A DNA stretch of 63,988 nucleotides, filler included, from Octopus bimaculoides (GCF_001194135.2; 6 parts of 5 records of this genome joined end to end with filler, not necessarily neighbours in it), one strand, 5' to 3'. Numbered from the whole stretch's first letter, positions 1-14,190 are shown. Notes: generated by a model not told the origin, from the sequence alone. Numbers and translations are program-made.

Positions 1-313
1 CATATATATATGTATAAATAATAGAAATAATATATGAGTACATGCACATATACGTACATGTATGTATATACTTACATCTACATGTATATATAGATGCATA
101 TCTGGGTACAGAACGTCACAAAAAGCGTGGAGAAAATGAAAACAGAACATAAACAGAGTACAGAAAACACACAGGCCACATAGAGAACNNNNNNNNNNAC
201 ACACACACACACACACACATACACACACACACACACACACACATATGATAGATCGCTGACGACTACATTTACATTTTTTCTCTTTGTCTTTTCCCTTATT
301 TCCTTCTGTGTTC

Positions 314-348
314 CTTTCAGTTGAAGAGCGTAGCTCGAAATGTCAAAG
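314..348 (+). ncRNA. Degenerate hammerhead-ribozyme-like motif in a Penelope-type repeat
   Basis: CTTT-CAGTTGA-A-GAGC-GTA-GCTC-GAAAT-GTC-AAAG; same family as 40259-40295 but with core mutations. Confidence 0.35.
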
Positions 349-563
349 CCTTTCTCTATTCTCGAGCGTTAAACTAATACATCTATTTGTTGTTTACACC
401 ACCTGTCTTCGTGTGGTGTTTTTTTTTTCATAAATTCTCCCATAAACGTATATATATATNNNNNNNNNNCTTCGTGTGGTGTTTTTTTTTTCATAAATTC
501 TCCCATAAACGTATATATATATATATATATATATGTATATACATATACATATATATATGTATA

Positions 564-1215
564 AATAATAGAAATAATATATGAGTACATGCACATATAC
601 GTACATGTATGTATATACTTACATCTACATGTATATATAGATGCATATCTGGGTACAGAACGTCACAAAAAGCGTGGAGAAAATGAAAACAGAACATAAA
701 CAGAGTACAGAAAACACACAGGCCACATAGAGAACATTTCCTTCATCAACTGCCACCATTCTAAAACTACGCGTTTCGAAGAGTTAGGGCAGGACGCATT
801 GTTAAAATGGCTCTTCCCGCGGAAACAAATTAAATTTGCAATGCGTAGGAATATCGTGGCGAACAAAAAACATGACAGGAAAACGAAACTGTGAAAATAA
901 ACAAGAATGGCTAGTAGGGCCAAATGTGAAAAAATACATATGCATACTGAACCCTGTGATGAGACGAACTGGGAGGTAGAGAGAAGTTCGTGCTGGCTTG
1001 GCAGTAGCCAACATAAAAAAAAGAGGCAATCATGTAGGAAATGTTCTCCATGTGGCTTGCGTGTATTCTGTACTCTATTTATGTTCTACTTTTCATTTTG
1101 TCCACGTTTTATGTGACGTCCTGCACCCAGATATGCATCTATATATACATGTAGATGTATGTATGCACAGACATGTACGTATATATGCATATACTCACAT
1201 ATTATTTGTATTATT
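564..1215. repeat. Inverted repeat pair (about 177-bp arms at 564-739 and 1039-1215)
   Basis: The reverse complement of 1039-1215 aligns along its length with 564-739 with scattered substitutions; the same family recurs at about 60150-60620. Confidence 0.75.
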
Positions 1216-1580
1216 ACATGATCGAACGCACGCGTCATCTTTGCAAGTAAGTTTTAACTTAATATTTCTGACGCGACTCTATCTATCTTTGAATCTTCTA
1301 CCCCTCTCGTTCTTCCTTTTGTTGTTTTTCGTCTCTCCTCTTCGCTAGGATATATCTCTCTTCTTCCCTGACTGTCGTTGCTCACCTATATCCTACTTCC
1401 TCCCCTTTTTCTCTATCTACCACTCTTTCTCCGCTGGTCACATGTGTCCGGCTACTACCTCCTTTCTTGTCTTGGCCACTGCCATGCCATCACGAACTTC
1501 TCTCTCCACGTGTTCTGTTTGGTCCATTGTGACTTTCTATGGTGTGTATCTTTACCTGCGCGTGCGTTTGCGTCTGCATT

Positions 1581-1695
<115 letters not shown>

Positions 1696-1889
1696 ACTCG
1701 CGCGCATGTGCGTGCATTTGTGTACGCAAGTCTGTGTATTGTATGTGTGCTATTTGTGTGTGTGTAATATTTGGCTTGCTATCCGTTTTGCTTGTATCTA
1801 TGCCCTTTATTTAGTTTTTTTTTATTTCACTCATTTACATATTTATCTTTCTATTTTCCCATTTCGTCTTATGTATATGTATAGTTTAT

Positions 1890-2215
1890 GTATTAATGGT
1901 GTTGGTATCTGCCTTTTTTCCTCTTATTCCGCCGGTGTTGAGGGTATAATTGTTGCATTTGTGTTTTCTGTTGATGCTTAGTCTGGCCTCTATAATCTGT
2001 CTAAGTGCCTTATCTTTTCTGTACATTGATGATACCTTAACATCTATGTTCTTTACCAAGCCTCTATGTTCTAACTGAGAATACTGGTAGAACGATGACT
2101 AGCTTTTCTTGGAGATCCCGCTAGTGACTCCTATCTGCTCCTATGCTACGTATTGTCTCTGCAATGTATGTTGATCTCTGCTTTCAGCGTATACTATAGA
2201 CTACATTCCTGATCT
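1890..2215 (-). mobile_element. Penelope-like element, degenerate GIY-YIG endonuclease remnant
   Basis: Minus-strand frames give YIAETIRSIGADRSH*RDLQEK and KNIDVKVSSMYRKDKALRQIIEARLSIN, typical of the PLE GIY-YIG region (YIGET..S...R..EH; LRQI.EA..I); contains stops and frameshifts. Confidence 0.7.
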
Positions 2216-4452
2216 TGTAACCAACCTGTAGTTTCATCCTACACACGATAAGTTCGTTCTCTGCACATGGATATATAGATAAACGTATACATATATATAT
2301 TGAAGTTTATATACATGTATATAATATATATAATATATATACATATCTATATATATGAGTGTGTGTGTTAGTGTGTATGTATATATGTACATGTATATAT
2401 GTGTATATATATATATATGTATAAATATNNNNNNNNNNNNNNNNNNNNNNNNNNNNNNNNNNNNNNNNNNNNNNNNNNNNNNNNNNNNNNNNNNNNNNNN
2501 NNNNNNNNNNNNNNNNNNNNNNNNNNNNNNNNNNNNNNNNNNNNNNNNNNNNNNNNNNNNNNNNNNNNNNNNNNNNNNNNNNNNNNNNNNNNNNNNNNNN
2601 NNNNNNNNNNNNNNNNNNNNNNNNNNNNNNNNNNNNNNNNNNNNNNNNNNNNNNNNNNNNNNNNNNNNNNNNNNNNNNNNNNNNNNNNNNNNNNNNNNNN
2701 NNNNNNNNNNNNNNNNNNNNNNNNNNNNNNNNNNNNNNNNNNNNNNNNNNNNNNNNNNNNNNNNNNNNNNATATATATATATACATATATACAAACTGCT
2801 GGGTAACTTTTGAATAGCAAACCGTTCGTTTACAAGTTAATTACTTGAATAGACACTTGTTACAATCCATAACTCCGAAGCTGCATTTTTCGTTTATAGT
2901 TGTTGTAATAATTATGCATACTAATATTGCCCATAATTATATTAAGCTTCAGATTATAGCTCGGTTAATTACATCGTTATACATCACAGACATCTGAAAG
3001 ATAATGAAATATCCGTTCGTACAATATCAAGCTCATGCAAACGAGAAACTTAGCAATGTGTGTATGTACAAATATATGAGTGTGAATGTATGTCCGTTTA
3101 TCAACATTTGCAGGAATATACTCGATACGTAAGAGTGCGTGCGTTTTTTTTTAGGACAGTGTATCACAATGGGCTAGTATGTTGGCACATGCCTAGGAGA
3201 CACTCCAACTTGGATATGATGTTTAAAAATAATGCATTTCCCTCATGTTTCTTATGATTGTAATAAAATCATGTTTGCTATATAATATCACTTTCAGCAT
3301 TCTCAATAAATTATAAATTTGTTTGCAATAATGGATCACATTTACGATTTTTATAACTATACATATATATATACATATATGCATATATATACATTTATAT
3401 ATATACATATNNNNNNNNNNNNNNNNNNNNNNNNNNNNNNNNNNNNNNNNNNNNNNNNNNNNNNNNNNNNNNNNNNNNNNNNNNNNNNNNNNNNNNNNNN
3501 NNNNNNNNNNNNNNNNNNNNNNNNNNNNNNNNNNNNNNNNNNNNNNNNNNNNNNNNNNNNNNNNNNNNNNNNNNNNNNNNNNNNNNNNNNNNNNNNNNNN
3601 NNNNNNNNNNNNNNNNNNNNNNNNNNNNNNNNNNNNNNNNNNNNNNNNNNNNNNNNNNNNNNNNNNNNNNNNNNNNNNNNNNNNNNNNNNNNNNNNNNNN
3701 NNNNNNNNNNNNNNNNNNNNNNNNNNNNNNNNNNNNNNNNNNNNNNNNNNNNNNNNNNNNNNNNNNNNNNNNNNNNNNNNNNNNNNNNNNNNNNNNNNNN
3801 NNNNNNNNNNNNNNNNNNNNNNNNNNNNNNNNNNNNNNNNNNNNNNNNNNNNNNNNNNNNNNNNNNNNNNNNNNNNNNNNNNNNNNNNNNNNNNNNNNNN
3901 NNNNNNNNNNNNNNNNNNNNNNNNNNNNNNNNNNNNNNNNNNNNNNNNNNNNNNNNNNNNNNNNNNNNNNNNNNNNNNNNNNNNNNNNNNNNNNNNNNNN
4001 NNNNNNNNNNNNNNNNNNNNNNNNNNNNNNNNNNNNNNNNNNNNNNNNNNNNNNNNNNNNNNNNNNNNNNNNNNNNNNNNNNNNNNNNNNNNNNNNNNNN
4101 NNNNNNNNNNNNNNNNNNNNNNNNNNNNNNNNNNNNNNNNNNNNNNNNNNNNNNNNNNNNNNNNNNNNNNNNNNNNNNNNNNNNNNNNNNNNNNNNNNNN
4201 NNNNNNNNNNNNNNNNNNNNNNNNNNNNNNNNNNNNNNNNNNNNNNNNNNNNNNNNNNNNNNNNNNNNNNNNNNNNNNNNNNNNNNNNNNNNNNNNNNNN
4301 NNNNNNNNNNNNNNNNNNNNNNNNNNNNNNNNNNNNNNNTATATAAATATACATACATTTATAAATGTATATGTACATATACATATATATATACATATAT
4401 GCATATATATACATTTATATATATACATATATATACACATGTATATAGGTAT

Positions 4453-4623
4453 ATATTTCATAAACGTTGACAAACTTTTATGGAGATAACATCATACACA
4501 TACAAACATATACACACACGCATTCACACACATAATCACACACACAATCACACACTCACACACTCATATACATATATAGAATGTATCCATCTCTGTAAAA
4601 GCTTGTCAACATTTATGAAATAT
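4453..4623. mobile_element. Small putative MITE with 28-bp inverted repeats around a CA-rich spacer
   Basis: ATATTTCATAAACGTTGACAAACTTTTA (4453-4480) vs the reverse complement of 4596-4623, 2 mismatches; parse with TA on both sides is possible. Confidence 0.5.
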
Positions 4624-6461
4624 TCCCTAGTGGAATTAGAATTTACAAATGTCAGAATCTTCACCGGAATATCTGCTTCCGTTCACAAACCGTCAATTAT
4701 TCGTTTTGCACTTCAACCTTATGTAGAATGAGAGATCTAGTGAGGATTAGCTTTTCATACTCATCTGCATATGAAATCTATTTAGATAAAGAGATCAGGT
4801 TCTTCTTCGTATAAAAACAAATTGGTGTTTGGGTACTCCATTTTACCACTTGTGTTTCATTTAGACATATTTAGAGCGGTCACCCATGGATCATCAAAAT
4901 GCGTTTAGTTTGATTTAATCTTTCTTCCCCTGATGATCGTTTTAATTTAGACACAAATCCAGCAGTTGTGAAGATAAAAGGTGTGGTGGTTTACATCAAT
5001 CACAATAATCCCAAAACTTGATTGGTGCTCTATATAAACCACAGAAGAATAAAAGACAAAAGTGACCTCACCGAGATTTGAATTCAGAATGTGACGAGCT
5101 GGAAATAATAAACCGGCAGTCTCACGATCTTCCTCTTATTAATAATGACAGCTGTAAAGCTGATGCCTACATGGTGGTTACATATAAAATCTTCATTTAT
5201 AAAAATGATAATTTTTCCATAAGAACTCAATATTTACACTAAAATATATGTACGAACCAACCCTGTGTAAGGATTAATATATTTGACGGCAGTGGAGTTG
5301 CTAAACATGGGCATTTTGAATATTACGATAATCTAAGAGTTGGCATTTTTTAAGGAATTATAAAACGATATTAGATTTTCATAAAATTTGCTTATGTTAC
5401 GATAATTATGGGTTCAATAGAATTCCATCTATTTTTAGTCTCTTCCTTTTGAGGACATCAATGAAAGCAATACCGTTGTGCTTGAAACTAGTTACTTGTA
5501 TAAAAAATTCTGGCTAATTTGCCTGTCTACGGTCTCATTTCCTTTCTTTTATGTTGTTCAACGTTTTCTATCAGAAGAGTTTCCTTTGCCGCGTGTGTTC
5601 GTGGGGCTCTCTTGTCCGATCATGTCACCTACACGTCTGTACATAAGCGATACATTTAACTTTCACCTCTAAATATGCGCAGTCATGTAACCTACTGCAT
5701 ACGTTAGTTATATTTACAGAAACTAGTCATTTCACGCCAAATTTATACCACCTCATCACCTAATGTCGTTCCTAAACCAATTTAACATTTCTCTAAACAG
5801 ACTGTCTATAACTGTCCATTAAACTCAAATAAATATCATATTACGAAGTAAGTTCTACATATTTTAAAATTGTATTACAAATTCTATCCGGAAATGGACA
5901 TATATGTGAACATTTTTAAGTCACTTCCTAGCAGCGTTGTCATCATCTTATTTAATACAGAATAAATAGATGGCATCTATCCCCCACCGTCATTATTCTG
6001 TTCATGACCTTTCGTATTTCTGGTCAACATTTTTCCCCTTTTCCATATTTCCAAAGAAAAATCTGTGGCTATGTGTATTATTGCTCCAATATGTTCATTG
6101 TCTATAAAAAGGATTTACCTTTTAAGTATATTCGCAGATTTTATCATTACAAGCAATTTAAAATCAGGCTATTGAATTATATTTTATAAAGTTAGATGGT
6201 GCAGCATTAATATGTATTCTCAAATATAGCTTTATGTGATGGTTGCCGGAAGTATCTAAAAATATCAATGCTTAAAGTTATATAGTTATATTATTAGTGT
6301 CTAAAAATGACATAAAAATGAGTTATATAGATACAATCGCTCAATGTTTTTTGTTTTGCTTTTTTTTTTTGTTCTTATGGCTGGAGATTCATTCCTGGAA
6401 ATGAATATTGATATTTATAATATATAAATGTGTATGTGTGTCGTGTGTTTGTGCACGAAGT

Positions 6462-6528
<67 letters not shown>

Positions 6529-7523
6529 ACCCACAATCAAAAGTATATTTATAAGTATATTTATCCTTTATGCATATATGTACATGTATATACATATATA
6601 TTAATATTTGTGTCTGAGCGCGTTGGTGTATGTTTGTGTACATGTGTGTGCAGGTGTGTGCGTATGTGTGTGTATGTATGTGCGAACGCGTTTGTGTGTT
6701 TTTGTGCGTGCGCGCGTTTGTATGTGTGTTCGTGTGTGTGTGTGAGTGTTTGTGGTGATTTGTGTGTGTGGGCGTATGTCTGTGTGCTATTGTGGGTGTG
6801 TGGAGGTGTGTGAGTGTGGGTGTAACATTCGAAATATTTCTGAGATTGTAATATTGAAAATTTCTTTTTTTTTATATCACGAAGCCTTGAATGTTTTATC
6901 TGCTTGCGTATCTGGAATATCTTCCTATGTAGCAGCATAAAATAATGTAAAATTATTGCATATAAATAATATCTGTAAATTCTTTCAAGTAATTTCTCCA
7001 TATTTCCTTCCACATTTAATCGTTGAAGCGAAGTAACTGATTTATCCGAAAAAGGAGTTAACTCTTATAGTGGAGGGAAATATGCGGACTACTCAAGTTA
7101 CGATAATTTCTCTACATCTGATAGATCGTTTAAACACGTATAAGAAAAGGCGAATGTTAATGATTCGGGTCTACTGAGGCATTTTAGCATGCATGAGGGC
7201 TTAAAGAGCAGGTATATCAGTTGCTGGAATTTCATGGAAATAGAAAATCCCGACAGAAAACTGCGAAAGGTGTGTGGCAGAACATAACAATCGAAAATTC
7301 TACTTTTCCGAGTGTGCTTTCGCCACGCTCAATATAGCTTTATGTTCTTCTAAGAATACGTAAGAACTAGAAATTGGCTGCTATGCTCTTAATATAAATG
7401 CTCGCATACATTATTACGGCCGGAAATTTACAGCAGGTTTAGTGATGCAACTGCAACCTTTCTCTCCTTCTCTCTCTCTCTCTCTCACACACAGTGTCTC
7501 TCTCTTTCTTTATCATACACACA

Positions 7524-7587
<64 letters not shown>

Positions 7588-10500
7588 TTATATATAAGTA
7601 ATTAAAGAAATGAAAAGCGAACAAGGGATTGTGTAATGAACTTCAAATTATATATCATAAATATTTTCTGTAGAATATCATTTTAGTAATTTTTAATATG
7701 AACACTGATTTGAAGAATATAAAATGTGAAAGAGTCATCATGATAAAGTTATTCATTTGCCAATTCAAATCAATCAATAAAGGTATATGTATACAAGTTT
7801 TAAGGCATATTCATCTTTACTACTACACATATCTCAGTAATATTATATATATTTTGGCTACATATGAAACATAGGAAATCAAATAACTTCGATTTACTCA
7901 ACCAGTTATAACATGGAAACACGTTGCCAATTAGAAATATTTGTTGCGATTGGCTTCAAAATTTAATTTCAGCTTTAACCCATCCTTCACATGCATTCTG
8001 ATTATAAGTTGCATATCAAATCTTCCAGTAATATTTAGTTGTTGTTTTTTCCTTCGTACTTAAAGACGTTGATATAGCGATGAAAACAATATGATATTAC
8101 AGTTGAAAACAACTTCAAGGACAATGAAAATAATACTGTGTATACGTGTTTTTTTTACTATACATGCAATAATAGTGAGATTTTTCAATCGTAAAATAAA
8201 ACGATGTCGACGTTTTAAGCAATTTAACGTAACAAAATTCGATAAGCATAAACTGAATATGCGTTCTGAAAATTTTGAATATTTATCCTTTAAAATAATT
8301 TTCAAAATCATTATCAGTTAGTAGCATTTCATCTTGGTGAACAAGTGTAGCATTCCTAAACGTCAAGCATATTCAATTTACTCTTCTTTAAGAGAAATGT
8401 AATGATTCGCTTTGCATGATGCGGGATTTCCCTCAGATTTTGGGAATGCGTCATTAAATTCAATTATATAACGTTTATAGACAGAAAACGATTTGGTTGA
8501 AAACTATGTGGATATGATTTCCCGGTTTATGAAGTGTAGATAGAAACGCTAGGAGAAATTGAAATTCGAAAAATAAAACATATATTTTTCGATAGCAGAC
8601 TCTGGCAAAATTATATTGAACGTGATCCAACCAAATAATAAACGACCTAATCAAACTCTCAGAGACAGGACAGAATGACCGATGATAGCCTTATATAATC
8701 GGACACTGATAAGGAATGTTATGATGCTGACCTTTAATAACTATTGAAAGCTATTAATATTTGATATTTAATTCATTGACTCTTGCAGTTATACTATTAA
8801 ATCCTCATAATTTTTCATAACTTTATCGCAAGATGACATTATCTGTTGTTCGTCCTGTTGCCTCTGTCGCACCTAATAGAAATCCAAATCCAAATGATAA
8901 TTTCAGTAGGCTTTAGTTTAGAATGTGTTACAATAGGCAAGAAATGTTCCTACTAACACCAGGATAATGTAAAAAAATAAACAGTCGAGAAAGTATTTCA
9001 CACGAGTGTTTGTTTTCTTTTTTTTTTTTTGTTTCTTCTTAACACATTCCGTTTGCAATTTCTATACTATACATGTACAAAGTAGTGACAGTGTCCATCT
9101 GCAAACTTCTTTAACATATTTATTTGATTTTATTTCGGTTTTAATGCATTCGATAGATTTCTTGTCATTGTATCTATTTCAGTTTGTTTTTATATATTCT
9201 TAATTTTGTTTAATGACTCACTTTTCTGTGTACAGTACTATAATATTTGAATAATGCATTTTGGTATATAAAATCCTGAGAATATCCATTCAAGAACATA
9301 CCTGTGTCTCAGTTGCGTTAATATATTACACTTGCTAATGTACATAATATGTTAGTCCGATATGTTAGTTCCATAAATAATTTTATCGTTGAGATTCCTT
9401 ATAAAATCTCAGTATTTATATATCTCATGCACGTCAACCAAGAAAAAATCACTCCGTCCAATGTATGTTTATGAGGAAAAAAAAATTAAGCTAGGGAATG
9501 TCAGATAATCACGACTCCATTATACAGTGTATTCGAGAGTTATTATGAAACTGCAGATACCGCGTGAGATGGGTAAAATTATAAATGTTAGCAAGCCTTA
9601 GTTCTTAGATTTTAAATTTGAAACAGTACAGATTCTTAAAGTAACATATTACATAAGGTAAATATAATGAATAAATAATAAATTAACTTGAATGCTAGCT
9701 AAATATAATTTGTGAGTGTGTGTGCGTGCGTGTGTGTGTGTGTGTGTGTGCATATTTAATTTGTGTTGCTGTGTTTGTGCATATCTAATTTGTGTTGCTG
9801 TGAGTGTGCGTGTGTGCCCGTGCGCGTGTATCGTTGTGTACTACACTCAACTCAGATGAATAACTAAAGGACACACTAACCTTCACATCAACACTATCGT
9901 TTTAGATAAATAATGCAGAATTTAGATAAATAACGCTAGCTTATGATATTGGGAGATTACGAAAAATTATATCAAAATAAACAGTATGATTTACAAGAAT
10001 AAACCGGGGCATATATCGAACAAATTCATTTCATTATTGGACATATAATTTGCAGTAAATATTTAACCAATAATTAAGTTTTCAGGCTCAATCGATAAAT
10101 GTGTGTAATCTTAGGATTCAATTATGTCACGTGGCATTCCCACGGTGATTTTAGTCGAGTGTCTTTCAATTTAATTATTTGAAAATCAATTCAAATATTC
10201 TTTAACTAGGAGGCCATATTGTGAAAGAAGTTGGAATATTAAAACACATATTCTGTATTAAATTTAGTAGTTGTGTATGTATTTGCATATTCATATAATA
10301 AATTCAATAATACACCTTAAAATATTACAGATGATAATAACGCCAGTGGCATGTTTCTCTATCCTCGAGGAAGACATTCGATTCAGCATGTCTAATCTAC
10401 GTAACATGAAATAAGTGCCAAGAGCAGGACTTTCTGTTATAGTTTATCGAACTGAATGAATAATTTATGAGTGAATGTAGTTTCTATTGAATCATTTTTC

Positions 10501-12509
10501 CCAGATCCAACGTTGTGAGATCGAAGCACTAAGGAAGTGGTAGCCGGATTGAGTGATCCGCTAGAAATAACAGCTAAATCACACCCGAATCTCACTTGAC
10601 TGTATTTCAAGAAAGAAATATTCATTGGGCAATGTAATATTTGGTATACTATATCTGAATAAAATACAGTGTTATCAACGATAACATGTCTTTTCCCATA
10701 ATTATGTTCGATCAGGTTTACCGGTGGATAAACAACAGCAATAAATGAACTCCAGCAGATTGACGTTTATCTGCAATCATTTACAGTGTATCACGTATTT
10801 TTTACTTGTGTATTGAAAGTTAATCCAGAATCTAGCGAACCAGAAGGAACCTGGATAATATAAACACATTCATCCACATATATGTACACATACACATGCA
10901 AAACAAATGATATTCAGCTGGCACTCGGGCTAATCTAATAATACACTTCGTATTGATGCACATATATACTTTCACATATTACTTACACGCACAAAAATAC
11001 ACACAGAACTAAGTATAAAAATAACTGTGTGCTCTTTCTTCTTGTCTTCCTTACTTCTTCCTGTAACTCTCTCACGAAATGTTTCCTATAGATATTTGAG
11101 GAAAAAGTTGATTAAATGCTGACATACAGCAAAGCTAATTATGAAACAAATTATTATATGATTATTCGTTTTCCCGCTATGAGAATTTAAGATATACATT
11201 GATCATTATTTAGTTCGAGATCGAAAGTAAAAAAAAAAAACAGGGTCTTACTGGCACGTGTAAACTAATTACATGTTAAACTTTCAACTAGAATGCTGGC
11301 CCACTGGAGTACTGATCTTATAAGGAACAATTAGTATAGATTTAGGACAACGAAAAAGGATGATGAGTTCGGTGGGTGCATTGGGTAGACATGGATGAGA
11401 GCCATGCACTTTCTAGTTTAGTGAAGCAGGGATATGTATTTGTGTATCAGTTTGTTAGAGATTAATACTTATTTATGAGTGTCACTCGAGTTTTCTTAAG
11501 ATGCTTGTAATACGGGCTACGACATTGTTTACGCTGTGGATCTTCAGTAAAAGAATGTTAGGACATTTTGTGAGGTAGAACCAATTTTCTCACAGTAAGC
11601 TTGATTGTAGAATGGAAAACCTAATCTTTCGGTGATAGACTTAATCTGTTGCCTTCTTTAAGACCATTATCTAGTAATTTGAATCCCTGAAGCAGAGTCC
11701 AATCTGTTGCAATCATTTAAACCTTCCATTTGAGTAAATCGAAATCTACTTACCCCCAGTCATGGTGACCCTGTAGAGAGCTATGAACACAGCATTATCT
11801 ACACAGCATTTTTCTTTAATCGTAAATGCTATCAAATGCAAAAGAAAAATGCCATGAAACTTGATCAGCAGTTTTAGATATGTACGGCAGGATCGCCATA
11901 ACAAATTATCTGCATCTGGGTGCCTTAACATGTGCACAGTCTTGTCAAATGTCATATATTTGTATTCAATGAAGAGGGTATGTGTAGTTTTGAAAATGAC
12001 TTTCCTTGATATATAGTAACTGAGGTTCTGTAATATTGAGACGATCTTTTGCATACAATCACACAGCCTACAGAACCCATGCCAAACCTACGCTAAACTC
12101 ATCAATAGGAATGTTCAGACCATTCTCCAATGGTGGTATAACAAACTCATATCTCTTTTAAGAGCTTAAAATCCATTTCCAAATTCTAAGAAACAATCTT
12201 GTTATTCACACTCTCAAGTCAACAAAAGAATTGCAACATATAGCAAGCAGAGGTGCTAATTGTTCCTATTGTGCAACAACGTCCCCTAGATCCGATAGAC
12301 ACAGCACGCATTGATCTTACCACCATCCATATTTGATGTTACTTTCTCACTCACACCATCATCCGTCTCGAATCAGGCACACCCTTTATTAACAAATATT
12401 CAAATTAAATATAAATCGTATCAATCTATTGATGGAACAATAAGACGTATGGCCAACCCTACAGCATCCTGCTCCCATACACGTATACGTAGGTGTGTGT
12501 GTATTATAC

Positions 12510-12559
<50 letters not shown>

Positions 12560-13229
12560 TGCATGTATGTATGTGTGTGTGTGAATATATGTATGTATGT
12601 ATGTATGTATGTGTATGTATGAGTGGATGTGCGCCGTTACAGTGAAACTATCTGTGCTGACGCGAAACCAAAAATATGAGAGACATATAATGCTGAGTCT
12701 TTTTTTCTATATGATAAATAATTTAGCTCTACCGATGATACTGAGTACCTAATTCTTATACTTATGTATGTGTACACCTATGTCTGTGGTTATGTGTCCG
12801 TGTGTGTATAAACACACTAAATGTTCATCTAAATTGTCTATAAGTACGAATGCATGCATGTATGTATGTATTTATGTATGTATGAATGTATGTCCGTATG
12901 TATGTGTGTTCTCTCCTGCTTTTAATTATTTAAATTCTTCCTCTGAGGAAGGAACTGGTTTTTAACAAAGATAAAAAGTTTCATCGTTGAAATGTAGATA
13001 ACAAAAATGTCACATTATAAACTTAATGAAATTCTTGCATATTTTGACTTCTTCACATATAAATTGCATTTGTAACGTGCGAGTTCGTTGATTTCTTTTT
13101 CCAAAAATTCAAGATTCTCCAGCCAGTCATTTAGGCATTTACTCACAAAACAAAGTGCACTACTTACTATTTGTATAAATATAAATTTGTAATCTAGATA
13201 CAGAAGCTAGAGGCTTCGAAGCAGCTGTT

Positions 13230-14190
13230 CATAGTTACCTTCTTTTTCTTTGATTTTCGAAGTGATATTCACATTAGTAGGACAGCTGACCTCTATGACA
13301 GCACATAGTTTTTGCGACAACGTCTTGTCTCATTGGGGAGATATGTAATGATGGCATTTGGGGCAGCTGATAAATATGAGCGTTGTCTTCCAAAGAAATA
13401 TGATACAATCTACATTTTCAGTTGCTATCATGGAACTCCATGTCTCTTTTGTTTGTTAGATATTTAATAGCAATCTTTTGTTCTTGGATCGCAAATGCAC
13501 AAACTTCGAAGCGTGATATGATGTAGTGGCCACGACTCCAAGATAGGATTTACTTTATATTGATATTATGGTCTTCTTCAAGTCTTCTGGAAACATTCTT
13601 ATGCATGGTATTTTTTTCTTTTCTTTTCTATTTTTTCTGTTATGCTGCTCTTTTCCGATCCGTGTGTTTTTTTTAGGTATGTTAGTCCGGCTGCTTTGGG
13701 TTTGTATGGGAGGAAATGAGGAAGAAAGTGCTCCCTGAGGAGCATTGGATATTGTTCTCGTCACTTGTCAGCACTATATTAATGTATTTTTGCTGCCGTC
13801 TTTTAGCAAGTGCTGTCTGAGAGAAACTATAGGACATTTGAAGTCTGACTGCACTGATCTCAAGTCTCTACTTCCTTTATGGAGCTGGTTGATATCACTG
13901 TTTTTGTAGCGATTTCCAGTTGATGCTTTTCGGGTTTGAACGTCTAAGGAGTGGAGTCTTTCAACAATTCAATCATTATACCAAGCGTTGGAATTGGCAC
14001 TGGTACTGAAACTGCATCGTGGGATATTGTAATAAGAGGAGATCTCTGACTGCCATATTTTTCAGTCTGTCATATTTTCGAATCACTCTATCTTTATTCA
14101 CAGTACCTTCGTATTTTTCCACCAATGCATAGGTAATAGTAGCATTCTTTATATGGGTCAGGTGAGATGCTGGGGCCATTGATGCACAGG
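13230..14190 (-). mobile_element. R4/Dong-type (RLE) non-LTR retrotransposon, degenerate RT C-terminal region
   Basis: Minus-strand frames give PYKECYYYLCIGG and LHSLDVQTRKASTGNRYKNSDINQLHKGSRDLRSVQ, resembling YKYLG...LD.KTRK...H..SD..RLY...GGRGL; many stops. Confidence 0.6.
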
